A DNA stretch of 53,305 bases from a virus (IMGVR_UViG_3300043256_000158:1-53305); one strand, 5' to 3'; counted from the first letter of the stretch, positions 34,347-44,757 are shown. Notes: a model not told the origin generated them from the sequence alone. Numbers and translations: made by a program.

Positions 34347-34675
34347 CAATCCCTCTTGTGCAAAACGTAGTGCGCGCCAAAACTTTCCTTGTCGTCAGCA
34401 GGCGCAATCGTCCAGCCCAGCAATGCAAGGTGATTGCGTAAACGGGAAATGGTCACCGTGATCACATTCTCCGGTACAGCCGGCGGATTTGACGTGCCCC
34501 CATAAACCCACTCCACGAGGTCATTGACCGATTTCGGGCCGGTAAGCAGGGCACTCATGATGCTTGCTGATATCGGCCCGAGTGAGCGGGTGCCGCGATC
34601 GGTGATGACGTTGCTCTCGACAAGCCGCAGGCCAGAAATCTCCAGCGGGTGCCCGCAGACCGGGCAGTCCGTCAC
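34346..34675 (-). CDS. Zn-knuckle + OmpR/PhoB-type winged-helix protein
   Basis: CPVCG; LVEWVYG...NVITVTISRLRNHL...Y. Confidence 0.7.
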   Translation of the reverse strand: MTDCPVCGHPLEISGLRLVESNVITDRGTRSLGPISASIMSALLTGPKSVNDLVEWVYGGTSNPPAVPENVITVTISRLRNHLALLGWTIAPADDKESFGAHYVLHKRD

Positions 34676-35027
34676 GCCCCCGTTCCCTGGGGCCGTGCCG
34701 GTTTAACCTGGCGCCAGCCTTCGCCGGCGGCGACCAGGCAGCTAATGCCCTGGGGCGTGGTTATGATGATGGTCCAGGTCCGGCCATCGTCCGTAGTCAG
34801 CACCTCGACCAACGCGCCCTGATTCGTTATCCCGGCAGCGACAGGAACCTCCTGATACCGTCCCGCTAAGTTTTCCAATGCCGTGCCGCGCAAAGCACAG
34901 GCGCGTTGCACCGGAGGCGGCGATGCCCTTACGACTGGCTGAATGACCGGCTCGGTGGCGGCGCAGGCGGCGAGACCGAGCATGAAAAAGGCCGCCAACG
35001 GGCGGCTCAGGGGAAAGGGGTGCGCAT
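34672..35027 (-). CDS. Lipoprotein-like protein; SD-led ATG at 35027 is out of frame with the body
   Basis: LGLAA-C lipobox; GRTWTIIITTPQGISCLVAAGEGW. Confidence 0.65.
34985..35006 (-). terminator. Hairpin/terminator after tail fibre gene
   Basis: GCCGCC-CGTT-GGCGGC then CTTTTT. Confidence 0.6.
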
Positions 35028-35037
35028 GGGGGTCTCC

Positions 35038-36630
35038 TTACAGTTCAGCGCTCGCTGTCCAGTGAAAGGCTTTCAATTCGTCAGCCGCACCGCTTGTGGC
35101 AAAAGCAGCATGGCACCCGCTATCGCCAATATCCTCCAGCGTAATATCGAAATCCGCTCCACTCGTAAGGTCACGGTATTTGCCACTTGCTCCCGTGCTG
35201 CTATAGCCGGTCATGGTAGGTGCGGCACGCTTTACAGTTCTGAAAGAAATACTCAAACTGCCATTCGCCACGGGATCGGTAAACCGAATGGCCCCAGCCT
35301 CAGTTGAGGTGCCGACAGCAACTCCCTGGTTATAAGACTGCTCCCAGAACCGCTGGCAAAGGATCAGTTCCTCTCCATGCAAGCGCCGCTGGAATGCAGT
35401 GGCGTTCGGACCGAACTCAAGCTGAATATCGGTGATGTAGATGAAATCCCCGATCGTGGTGGTTACGTCATCAATCCAGATGAACACGGCTATGTTGGTC
35501 GCGCTTGCCGTGTCGATCGAAATGTTCTCGATCTTGAAGGTCTGGAACGATGCCGTGAGAGCGGCTAGGCTGGCGGGTGTATTCTCATAGGTCCAGTTGG
35601 TCACTAGCGTTGGATTGGTTCCCGCCGCTTCCCAGGCGCTTACCGGGTCCGAAGTCACGGCGTCGGCAGTGGAATCCCACGCGATCACCGCCGCGCGCAG
35701 ATTGGCAATGGATGTGCCGGTGCGCCGTGCCTTGAAGGAGAGGCTGCACACGCCACCGATCAAGGCCTCTGCGTCCTTGGCCTCGATAATTTGTAGAATG
35801 CCGAACTTCTTGTTGGCCGTCTCCACATCCAGCTTGATCGCCGCATAGGAGCCGGTCGGGACGGTCGTTGTCTCCTGGCTTACATCGGCTGCATCGTTGC
35901 CGTCCGAGAGAAGCACCCAATGATCGAGCAGAACGGTATCATCGTTGTTGGCCGGCGTCGTCGCGCTGGTAAAGCTGGTCCCGCGCTGGGTAATCCGGAA
36001 ATCGCCGTTGATGAGAACATTGGTAACCGTCGTGGTCTTGGTGGCAACCGGGGTCAAAAGCTGGAAATTCGTGCCATCGTATTTCCACATATGCCAAGCG
36101 CCGGACTCCAAATCTCCGTCTGCCAAGTCGAGGTCGTGATTCTTCTTGATGGTCTTGGCGCCTAAGGCACTGGCACCCGATTGCCCACCCGTAATATTGA
36201 GAGTCGCCGATCCGGTATTGGTGAAATTAACTTTTGCGGTAAAGGTATCCCCATCGGCATAGGCCGATATGGTACGGTTTACCGTGAGCGCATAGGCGTT
36301 AGCCGAGCCGGTGGTGTCCAGAGTGGAACGGAACGTATCATCGGCCCAATTATCCACCCCGCCCCTGACCGGATCGGCAGACCAAATCTGTACGTCGGCC
36401 GAGTCCGAAAGCGTGACCTTGTAGTCCTGATCCTTCAGGAAGATGGCACCAAAGCGGCCAGCGGAATCCGCTACTACGGGGTTGGCGTTTGCCGAAGTCA
36501 GTGCATCGTCGCTGTAAGTGTCCAAATTGGACGACGTGCCGCTTTCGAAGAATTCCAGCTTTGCGCCAGCCTCAACGCCGCCGGAACTGTCCTGCACCTC
36601 GACGCGAGGCAGGTGAAAAAGATTGGCCAT
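35038..36630 (-). CDS. Tail fibre/spike with N-terminal virion-binding domain
   Basis: GAKLEFFESGTS..NANPVVADSAGRF start; NVLINGDFRITQRG and EELILCQRFW domain. Confidence 0.85.
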   Translation of the reverse strand: MANLFHLPRVEVQDSSGGVEAGAKLEFFESGTSSNLDTYSDDALTSANANPVVADSAGRFGAIFLKDQDYKVTLSDSADVQIWSADPVRGGVDNWADDTFRSTLDTTGSANAYALTVNRTISAYADGDTFTAKVNFTNTGSATLNITGGQSGASALGAKTIKKNHDLDLADGDLESGAWHMWKYDGTNFQLLTPVATKTTTVTNVLINGDFRITQRGTSFTSATTPANNDDTVLLDHWVLLSDGNDAADVSQETTTVPTGSYAAIKLDVETANKKFGILQIIEAKDAEALIGGVCSLSFKARRTGTSIANLRAAVIAWDSTADAVTSDPVSAWEAAGTNPTLVTNWTYENTPASLAALTASFQTFKIENISIDTASATNIAVFIWIDDVTTTIGDFIYITDIQLEFGPNATAFQRRLHGEELILCQRFWEQSYNQGVAVGTSTEAGAIRFTDPVANGSLSISFRTVKRAAPTMTGYSSTGASGKYRDLTSGADFDITLEDIGDSGCHAAFATSGAADELKAFHWTASAEL

Positions 36631-36639
36631 GGATTTTCC

Positions 36640-39600
36640 TTATTGACTGTCAGCCGTCACGCTACCGGGAGAACGTGCCCGCAGATTCGGATGAACTTTG
36701 CTGCGCTTTTTGTACTCGCGTAAATCCTCAGTCAGACCTTTAATCTGCTCACGGTGCTGTTTCACAATATCCTTACGCTCGCCCGTATCAAGCCTGCGGT
36801 TGCGAAGTCCCCGCCTCATGGCGCGGTGCTGTTCCTTAATCTCGAAGACCTTGCGGCGAATGTTGCGGCCCCGGCTGGCCTCCGGATCGACCGGGTAGAT
36901 ATTAATGCCCACTCCTCGTCCCGCAGCCTGCTCGAGCGAGAGCGGCGGATCGCCGTAGTAATTTGGGGTGCCGGTCAAGCTGCGCTGCATGTGACCGGCT
37001 ACACCCTGGTCGGTCAGAAATGACGGGCCACCCATGCGCCAGGCATACATCATCAGCTTGTAAAGCTGCTCGCGCGGCGGGTCCGTGTCCTTAACGATCT
37101 CGCGGCCCGTCCAGGGGTCAACTCCTGTCAACATTGCGGCGCCGATTTGTGGCACCGGCCCGCCAAGCACGCCGAGCTCCGAGAAGAAGTCATTCACAGA
37201 GCCTTCGTAGTCCCCGGTCGCGAGCTCCATGGTGTTCCGTGCCACGCGCTCATGCAGTCCCCACGGAAGAAAATAGCCGTAGTTCGTGAATGCCCAGCGA
37301 CCGGACTCGTCCCGGTAGGGGAAGATGTAGACGTGACCCTGGTCCTGCATCCACCGCGGCAGGGCCTTGCGCAGCTTGTCCACGTCTTCCGGGGTCACAT
37401 CGTTGAGGCTCGCCACCAGCATGTCGCCCAGGACGTAGGGCAGGATGAAATACTTGGCCATCTTGCCCGGATGCCTGATGGCCCCTTTCATGACCGCTGG
37501 GAAAGCCTTGAAATAGAAGGTGATGAAGGGTGCCCCTATGGGCCGCGTGCGAAGCGAGCGCACGAGGTTGGGGACAAGCGAATAGTCGAACAAGGTCTCC
37601 TGGGCGGCTGCTACCGCGTCCCGCTCCGTCATGCCTTCGCGCTCCATGGCGTCGATGATCTTGACCACCTTCCCCCAAGTCTCGGAGAACTGGTAGAGAT
37701 CGCCCGGTTTGTTGGCGAGACGCGCAAGGGGTTCGCCCATCTTGGCCAGCTTGCCGGTGACGCCGCCCTTCTCGCCGCGCACCCGTAGGAGATCGGGCCG
37801 GATGCGGTACAATTCCTCCGCCGTGAAGGTCGAGGCCGGGACACCGTGCTTGACCGCGATGCGGTAGTATTTGCCGTTCTTCCTGATCTGGTGGAAGGCA
37901 CGGGTGTACAAGATCGGCAGGCGCTGGAAGGGCACGCCCGAAATGTCCAGCAGCACGCCATTGGAGACCATGTTGCGCACTTGGGTCGGCGGGTTGAAAG
38001 GCACCTTCATCATCTTCCAGAAGGCATTGAACTTGGCCAGTTTGTCGAAGGTCTTGTCGTAAGCGCCTTTCTCACCCACCCACATGCCCGAGGCACCCAC
38101 GATATCATCGTGGATCTCCTTGCGCACCACCAGGCCCCGCAGATCGCCATAGCGCGGGTTGTCGGGCATCTGGCGGAAGTCCTTGGGCACGCCCTTGACG
38201 GCGCCAAGCGCGCTGTCGGCGATGGCATCCATGCCGTCCGCGATTTCCTTGGCGCGGGCGCGCTGCTCTACATTAGGCATGGTCCCTGCGCGGCGCCGGA
38301 GCAACCCGGCCTCGGATTTCAGCCAGTAGGGCGTGACCTTGCGAGGGCGTTTCATGCCCGGCGCGGTCCATTCAACAATGCTCTCGGGCAGCACCCACTC
38401 GGGATTCTGGGAGAGATCACGCAGGAAGTCGATCATCGCCAGGTCGCGCGCCGGCAAGGACATGGCCTTGGTGACCAGGAAGCCCACGTCCTTGACTTCG
38501 CCGAGGTAGAGATCACGGTATTCCTCAGGCAGATCGGTGCGCTTCTTGAGATAGCCCTGGTCGCTCACCTTGAGGCCGGCACCGAAGCCCGAACGCTCCA
38601 TCAAGTGCTTGAGGTAGACCCGCGGCAGATAGGCGTCCGCATGACGGTCGTAGGCTTCCTGGGACAGCAGGCCACGGCGCACAAGCTCCCGGCCCACCTT
38701 CTTGATGCTGGACTTGGCCGCCACGGTGGCTCCGCGCACACTGGGCGGCAGGCTCTTGGGATCGGCACCTTCGGTCGTCAGATAGTCGAGAGCCGCACGC
38801 TGGGCCTCCACGGGGGCTTTACGGAGGACATCGTTGAGGCGCCCGGCCATGCGGTTGGTGCGATAGATGGTCCCCTGCGTCTCGCCACGCTTGCCCAGGT
38901 ACTCCGCGCGCTCCGGTAGGCGCCCCATGGTCGGGTCCTTGAAGGGGTAGCCCTTCAGATAGCGTGCGAAGGGGCTGTACTGGCCCTCGGCCAGCCAGTC
39001 GATGATCTGATCTGCGTTGCGCTGCCATTGCTTTTGCAGGGCCGGGAGTGGGCCGGGAAAGGTAAATAGCTCCGTTTGCCCCCGCCCGGCCACGTCGAAC
39101 AGCCCCTCGTCGGCGGGCTTCTGCACCGCTGTGCCCCTAATGCGCTTGTCGGCCTGGACCTCGACGAATTCCTTGCCGCTCGTGCGCTCGGCACCGGGGA
39201 GGACGATCTGGGGGCCTTGGGGAGTGGCCTCTGTGGTGGGCTGGCGCCTTTCCTCTGCGGCAAATTCCTTGGCCAGTGCCCTAGCATCCGGGAAATTATC
39301 GAAGCGGTTTTGGCTGGCCCAGGCGCCGGAACGCATACTGCCGACAGAAAATGACCCGTTCGGGTTGACGCGGATTTGAAAATCCCCGTGTTCCTCGACA
39401 AGTCTGCCAATGCGAGGAACCCCGGGCGCCGGTTCGACCGGCGGCGTTAGATCTGGGAGTTTGCCTTCTCCCGCAGCCGCAGCGCCCGCTCTTGCAGGTT
39501 CCTGGACGAGTTGTTCGGGGGCCGCACCACGCACCGCCTGCTCATAACTGATCGTATTCGCAAGTGCCTCGGTGTCAAGCTGCTCGATACTTTCCTGCGG

Positions 39601-40944
39601 GATACCGAGACGGTCGGCGTAGTCCTCCAATTCGGCACGGTCGATCTCAGCCTCGGCCTTGCCGCGCACCTCCACGACATCGCCCACGTCCCGCTCGGAG
39701 TACACCGTCTGCCCGCGCAGGTCCCGGTCGAGGGCTTGGTACAGGTCGTCGATGGTCGAGTCCGGCTTGAGGTAGCCCGCTTCCGCGGCAGCCTCGCGGG
39801 CATAGTCCGGTGACAGACCATCGCCGCGCACGAGCCGGTTGCGGAACGGCTTGTCACGGTGCCAACGGTGCGCGTCCATGGCCTTGAGCTCGCCGGTCTG
39901 ATCCTGCACGCCGCCCATCTTGGAAACGAATTCGGCCAGCGTCAGAGGCTTGCGGCGGATGCGCTGCTTCGGGATCGGCTTGCCGCCGAAGCCTTCGGCC
40001 TCGCGCACCGTGACTGGCTCATCGAGTACTGCCGTGCTAGGCTGTGCCCGTGGGGCCGCTTCCTGAGAAACCCCTTCTGGACGCAGTTCTGGACTTGGCG
40101 CGGGACCCGGTGGTGTGGCTCGCACTGGTTCCGATACTGGTGCCGGTTCTGTGGGCGGCTGCACGCGCTCTGTCAGCTCTAGGATATCTTCTGGCGTGGC
40201 TGTGCGCGGTGCTATGGTGGGTTCTTGCCGTGGGACCCTTGCCGCGCGGCGGCGCAAATCCCGCAGACTCACCTGACCACGCCCGCCCATCAGCCCCAGG
40301 GTCCCGAGCGTTACCGCCCCCGCCGTAACGTCTGAAACGTCCCCGCCCTCGACCGCCGCCTGGGTGCCGCCGATGGTGGCTAGCGCGCCGACTCTTTCAG
40401 GGCGCTTGAGGGGTCCTGCGGCCTCGAAGACCTTGCCCATGAGCGCGCCCTTGGCTGCCGCCAGGGGCACTTCCTCCGGCTTGTCGGCGGCCCGCAGGGC
40501 TTCAACGGCGGCAAAGCCCTTCGAAGCAGTGCCGAACAACCGCGTGCCCGAGACGAGTTCCGCAATCATCTCCGGGGCCGCACCAAGGCCCTGATAGATT
40601 TTGGCGAGTACGTTGTCGTCCATGTACGGAAGGGCGTCCCCGTACATTTTCTGGGCGAGGCCACGCAATTGCTCTACCTCGTCGCGAAAGAGGCGCTTCC
40701 CTTCCCTATCCGTCGCGCCGAGCCGACCGATGACTTCAAGAGCGTTGGCACCCAAATCGTAGAGACCGCCGCCCGATTGCAGATAGCCGCCGTAGAGGTT
40801 CCGCACCGGGGCCTTGATAGCCTGTTCGTAAAAGGTCTCTGCCGCCGAAGGTTCCTCCGCCAGCCCCTTGGTGCGCGCCTTGAGACTTTCCAGTGTGGTA
40901 GGGACCAGATCGGCACGCGCGCGCAATTCTTTGAGCGTAGTCAC
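36640..40944 (-). CDS. Large internal virion (ejection) protein
   Basis: 1434 aa, last of ejection cluster before tail fibre. Confidence 0.75.
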   Translation of the reverse strand: MTTLKELRARADLVPTTLESLKARTKGLAEEPSAAETFYEQAIKAPVRNLYGGYLQSGGGLYDLGANALEVIGRLGATDREGKRLFRDEVEQLRGLAQKMYGDALPYMDDNVLAKIYQGLGAAPEMIAELVSGTRLFGTASKGFAAVEALRAADKPEEVPLAAAKGALMGKVFEAAGPLKRPERVGALATIGGTQAAVEGGDVSDVTAGAVTLGTLGLMGGRGQVSLRDLRRRAARVPRQEPTIAPRTATPEDILELTERVQPPTEPAPVSEPVRATPPGPAPSPELRPEGVSQEAAPRAQPSTAVLDEPVTVREAEGFGGKPIPKQRIRRKPLTLAEFVSKMGGVQDQTGELKAMDAHRWHRDKPFRNRLVRGDGLSPDYAREAAAEAGYLKPDSTIDDLYQALDRDLRGQTVYSERDVGDVVEVRGKAEAEIDRAELEDYADRLGIPQESIEQLDTEALANTISYEQAVRGAAPEQLVQEPARAGAAAAGEGKLPDLTPPVEPAPGVPRIGRLVEEHGDFQIRVNPNGSFSVGSMRSGAWASQNRFDNFPDARALAKEFAAEERRQPTTEATPQGPQIVLPGAERTSGKEFVEVQADKRIRGTAVQKPADEGLFDVAGRGQTELFTFPGPLPALQKQWQRNADQIIDWLAEGQYSPFARYLKGYPFKDPTMGRLPERAEYLGKRGETQGTIYRTNRMAGRLNDVLRKAPVEAQRAALDYLTTEGADPKSLPPSVRGATVAAKSSIKKVGRELVRRGLLSQEAYDRHADAYLPRVYLKHLMERSGFGAGLKVSDQGYLKKRTDLPEEYRDLYLGEVKDVGFLVTKAMSLPARDLAMIDFLRDLSQNPEWVLPESIVEWTAPGMKRPRKVTPYWLKSEAGLLRRRAGTMPNVEQRARAKEIADGMDAIADSALGAVKGVPKDFRQMPDNPRYGDLRGLVVRKEIHDDIVGASGMWVGEKGAYDKTFDKLAKFNAFWKMMKVPFNPPTQVRNMVSNGVLLDISGVPFQRLPILYTRAFHQIRKNGKYYRIAVKHGVPASTFTAEELYRIRPDLLRVRGEKGGVTGKLAKMGEPLARLANKPGDLYQFSETWGKVVKIIDAMEREGMTERDAVAAAQETLFDYSLVPNLVRSLRTRPIGAPFITFYFKAFPAVMKGAIRHPGKMAKYFILPYVLGDMLVASLNDVTPEDVDKLRKALPRWMQDQGHVYIFPYRDESGRWAFTNYGYFLPWGLHERVARNTMELATGDYEGSVNDFFSELGVLGGPVPQIGAAMLTGVDPWTGREIVKDTDPPREQLYKLMMYAWRMGGPSFLTDQGVAGHMQRSLTGTPNYYGDPPLSLEQAAGRGVGINIYPVDPEASRGRNIRRKVFEIKEQHRAMRRGLRNRRLDTGERKDIVKQHREQIKGLTEDLREYKKRSKVHPNLRARSPGSVTADSQ

Positions 40945-40945
40945 G

Positions 40946-42043
40946 CTAATATCCCAACGCCTTCAGTCGCGCATTGAGCCGGTCCTTTTCGTCCTGCGTC
41001 AATTCCTTATTGCCGTAGATCATGGCCATCACTCCATCAATGCCCATGCTCTCGATGGATCCTTCGCCTATTGGAAGTTTCACGCCTTCCAAAGACGGCT
41101 TACGGCCCGGAACGGGCAGCGTTTCTCCCGGCCCAAGACCGCCCTGAAGCGGCGTGACGGAGGCCAGCGGCGGCGTGGCTGCTTTGGCCGGGCTTATGGC
41201 GCCTAGACCAGCGCCCCCCTCAACCGGCCCTGCTTCCGGTTGGCCAAAATTCTCACCATGCACGTAGGTCGTAATCTCATCGGCGATCTTGCGTGCCTGG
41301 GGCTCATCCATGGTGAAGTCGCGGCGGTTAGACGTGTAGATTTTCGTCCAGGTCTCTTGCGGAGTATCGTTGACCGAGGACTTGGCCCACCGCATGGCCG
41401 CAGCCATGGTCACATCCTTACCCTCGGCTTTGAGGGCTTCCCGGTAGGCCTTGGCAATCTTGACCAGAGACGGAGTCTCTCCACCCTTGCGTGTCGCCAG
41501 AGCGATACGAATTTTCTGCGCCTCGGCCTCCTCCGAGAGAACATCCGTCTGATCCAGTGCCTCTTTGAGCTTTCCCGCCTTGGCAAGCGTCGAGTGGACC
41601 CACTCCATGTCGAGGGTCTGCGGCACGTTGTCCATCGGCATCCCGGCCTGCTGGGCTTGCTGTACGGCCATGGCATAAGCCTGCTGCTGTTCCAGCGGGC
41701 TTCTCGCGTTCACCACGGGCATGAGCAAGTTGGCGATCATCTCGCCTTGCCGTTTGGCTTCATCGCGTTTCGCCTTCGGGATTTTCAACAACTCGCCCAG
41801 CATACTGGGATCGAGCCCAAGAGCTTCCTGGGCTCCCGGCCCAAGGCCCGCTTCGGCGCCGACTCCCGGCATGATCTCGCTCAACTGACCTTGCCGCTGT
41901 ACCTCGCCTTGCGCCGACTGCATCTGGAATTCACGCAGCTTGTTCAGAGTGCGCGCACCCTTCAACTGTTCGGCCCGTTGCAACGCTCCTTGGATGTCCG
42001 GCCCCTGGACCTGTAGTGCGGGGAAACTGCTGAATTGCGGCAT
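40946..42043 (-). CDS. Internal virion/ejection protein
   Basis: Q/A-rich helical, position. Confidence 0.7.
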   Translation of the reverse strand: MPQFSSFPALQVQGPDIQGALQRAEQLKGARTLNKLREFQMQSAQGEVQRQGQLSEIMPGVGAEAGLGPGAQEALGLDPSMLGELLKIPKAKRDEAKRQGEMIANLLMPVVNARSPLEQQQAYAMAVQQAQQAGMPMDNVPQTLDMEWVHSTLAKAGKLKEALDQTDVLSEEAEAQKIRIALATRKGGETPSLVKIAKAYREALKAEGKDVTMAAAMRWAKSSVNDTPQETWTKIYTSNRRDFTMDEPQARKIADEITTYVHGENFGQPEAGPVEGGAGLGAISPAKAATPPLASVTPLQGGLGPGETLPVPGRKPSLEGVKLPIGEGSIESMGIDGVMAMIYGNKELTQDEKDRLNARLKALGY

Positions 42044-42543
42044 CAGAAAACCCTCCCCCAATCGATACCCGCGAGTGCGCCGGCCGCATCATTGATCCCT
42101 GTCTGCCAAGCATTGGCGGCCCCCACAGTGCCGCTTGCCTGCGCCTCAGCGCCGGTCAGGATGCTTTGCCCCAGTGCGTTACTGGACTGCCCAACCTGTC
42201 CCGCCGCCACCGAGCCGATCTGACCACTTTGGAAGGCAGACGTTTGCCCAATCCCAGCAAGAGACGCCAGCCTGTTCGCATAGTTTCCAAATTCCGACGT
42301 TGCCAACCCCTGCCCGTAACGCTCCAGTTCACGCATCATCCCGCCGGACATGAGCATGCCCTTGGAAGCCGCCGAACGGTCAAGCGCGCGTATGCCCTCG
42401 TCGTAGCGAAACTCATAGCCGGGCGACTTGAAGAAGCTCGAATAATCAGGTGCGGTGCCGTCCTGCATGCCAGTGGATATCTGCCCCTCGATCTGGGCAA
42501 TCTCCGCGTCGATGCCCTCGATGGTGTCAGGAAATTCAGGCAT
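42043..42543 (-). CDS. DNA-transfer (pilot) protein, C-terminal half
   Basis: SPGYEFRYDEG..ALDRSAASKG.LMSG..LERYGQGLA; GGAGG SD. Confidence 0.7.
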   Translation of the reverse strand: MPEFPDTIEGIDAEIAQIEGQISTGMQDGTAPDYSSFFKSPGYEFRYDEGIRALDRSAASKGMLMSGGMMRELERYGQGLATSEFGNYANRLASLAGIGQTSAFQSGQIGSVAAGQVGQSSNALGQSILTGAEAQASGTVGAANAWQTGINDAAGALAGIDWGRVF

Positions 42544-43145
42544 CACACACCTCCAATGCCGCCGGGCTCACTGGTCGTCTCACGATCTGCTCGGGACGAA
42601 TCGTCTCTATCTCGGTCTCTATCAAAGGCTCCCGATTCTCGGTTCGATTCCCTGATCTGCTCTGTAGTCAGCGCAGGAGACGGCGCGTTCAGCCGGGCTT
42701 GCGTCAAAGCCAAGTTCCGTTCCCGCGCCTCGTCGCCGCTGCCATTGCCTATGCTGGACAGGGCAGTACCCACGCCTGCCGCCCCAACCGCCGCTTGCTG
42801 AACAGGCGAGGCCGTGCCGTTAACTCCACTCATGAGCCGTGCCTTCTCCGCGCGAAGTTCATTCAAGCGGCCCTGCAACTGCACGACGCTTTGGCCGCCG
42901 GGAATGAAGAGATCATTGAGGGTGCGCAGCGCCGCCCCACCGGAGGCACGGTAAGGTGCCAGATCGGCGCGGCCGACATTGAAAACCTCCTTCGAGAAGC
43001 CGATAGCCTCACGCCCCAACTCTGCGGCAACTCGCGCTGCTTCGACCTGCGTGCCCGCGGCGGACTCGGCGGCAGAGGCAGCCTGGGAAGCACCAAAAAG
43101 AGAGAGAGCCCCGCCGATAATGGGGCCGATCACGGAAGCTACCAT
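42543..43145 (-). CDS. DNA-transfer (pilot) protein, N-terminal half
   Basis: IGGALSLFGASQAASAA...LAPYRASGGAAL. Confidence 0.7.
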   Translation of the reverse strand: MVASVIGPIIGGALSLFGASQAASAAESAAGTQVEAARVAAELGREAIGFSKEVFNVGRADLAPYRASGGAALRTLNDLFIPGGQSVVQLQGRLNELRAEKARLMSGVNGTASPVQQAAVGAAGVGTALSSIGNGSGDEARERNLALTQARLNAPSPALTTEQIRESNRESGAFDRDRDRDDSSRADRETTSEPGGIGGV

Positions 43146-43600
43146 TATGTCAACCTCTTGCAGAAAATACGTTCCTTGGCACCGTAGCCCTTGCGCTCGT
43201 AAAGATTCGCCATGACTTCAGGCCTCAACGACTCCATCGCGCCCATCTCCATGGTCAGACACCCCTTGCGTTTGGCCCAATCTTCCATGCCCCGCCGAAG
43301 CAATGTCCCCAATTCGCCGCCGCGGTGTGCAGGCTCGACCCACCAGAACAACTCCTGTGCGCTCAGGTGCTCGGAATTGAACCAGCAAGGGTAGGCCAGC
43401 GCGGCGGCCATCGCGACCGCCCCCATGGGACCATCGCCGACCAGGACCACCGCCTGATCGCTGGCCATGAAGTCAGTGACCACCTTGACGAAACAGCGTG
43501 GGTTATAGTGGAACCATCTGTCGAGTCCGGACACTGCGAAAAATGCCGGCCCCATGGTTTCAATACGCGACAAATCCTCCAGCGTAGCGGGACGTATCAC
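43145..43600 (-). CDS. GNAT acetyltransferase-like protein
   Basis: MIRPATLEDL, WWVEPAHRG, LYERKGY; precedes pilot protein. Confidence 0.85.
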   Translation of the reverse strand: MIRPATLEDLSRIETMGPAFFAVSGLDRWFHYNPRCFVKVVTDFMASDQAVVLVGDGPMGAVAMAAALAYPCWFNSEHLSAQELFWWVEPAHRGGELGTLLRRGMEDWAKRKGCLTMEMGAMESLRPEVMANLYERKGYGAKERIFCKRLT

Positions 43601-44757
43601 CGCTTGTCACTTGGCACTCGGCTGGTCGCCTGCGGCGGTAGCAGCCGCATGATCGCCCATGCGAGACTTCGGACATCGTTGATGTTGACGCTCGCAACGC
43701 CGGCCACTCCGCTGTCCGGTGGGATACCGCCTAACCACGCACCCACATCAACCCGACCCGAAGGAATAATATGGTAAAATTCGGTCGTAACGGCTGCCGG
43801 CAACGCAGGAGTGAACGTCAAAGTGTCCGAAGCTGCATCAAAGGCGGTGATGAGCCGGAACAGTCTCTCGTTTGATCCATCCCCGCCCGAACCAAAGACG
43901 ATGGTACCTGAGACAAAAGAACCATCACCAGTGGTAAAGGCAGCGTCCACCATCGTAGTAGTAGTACCGCTATCAGCCGTGCCATTTCTCAGACCCGACG
44001 CTGCCCACCGTCCTAATTGATTTGCAGCGATAGTATCATTATCAATTGCTTCTATATTGATATCGGGAATACCAGCGGTAGTTGCTTGAACCGCTGTGTC
44101 GAGCCACGCAAGTACATTTGTGTCTATTTTATTGGCCACCGTAAAAGTGAGACTATCGGTCTTAGCCTTAATGGCATCGAGAAGTAGGTCGAGCCGCCCG
44201 CCGTTGATCCAATCGGTAAGAGCACCCATTCGTGCAGCAGTTACCTCGTTGGTTGCAGCTAGTTTAGTATCAAGATCGAGGCCCCCTGCGTCACTGATCG
44301 GCAATCCACCGGCGCCGTCAGCAACAACAGCAGGTAATGCCGTCCCGGCCAACCCACGAGTTGCGCTAAATGCGTCGTCAATCATCAGCGCGTTAAGACC
44401 TGCCACACGGAATCCGATCTCTGGTCCGGCAAAGGGAAGAGTGCTATCCGTTTCGCCCGTGATCCAACCAAATCCCTCGGTATCGTTGTTGGCATCGCCA
44501 CCCGACGCTGGTATCTCAATCGAATACATGCCTTGGTTGGCCCCCTCTTCCAACCAGTCGTGATCGTCACCTGTAGTCGGCGTGATAGCGGTCGTCGTCA
44601 TTACGCCCGCCGTGGTACAGAAATTCCACGCAACAGCCATGCCTGATTCGTTGTAAGCAATCGCATCTTCGATGGTGACAAAATCCGTCTTGTCAACAAG
44701 GGGCATTTTCGATACCGGAACCTGGACTGCCGTGTCTACATCCATCCAGATGGTCAT
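43597..44757 (-). CDS. Putative virion structural protein
   Basis: 386 aa D/T/A/G-rich, coupled. Confidence 0.65.
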   Translation of the reverse strand: MTIWMDVDTAVQVPVSKMPLVDKTDFVTIEDAIAYNESGMAVAWNFCTTAGVMTTTAITPTTGDDHDWLEEGANQGMYSIEIPASGGDANNDTEGFGWITGETDSTLPFAGPEIGFRVAGLNALMIDDAFSATRGLAGTALPAVVADGAGGLPISDAGGLDLDTKLAATNEVTAARMGALTDWINGGRLDLLLDAIKAKTDSLTFTVANKIDTNVLAWLDTAVQATTAGIPDINIEAIDNDTIAANQLGRWAASGLRNGTADSGTTTTMVDAAFTTGDGSFVSGTIVFGSGGDGSNERLFRLITAFDAASDTLTFTPALPAAVTTEFYHIIPSGRVDVGAWLGGIPPDSGVAGVASVNINDVRSLAWAIMRLLPPQATSRVPSDKR

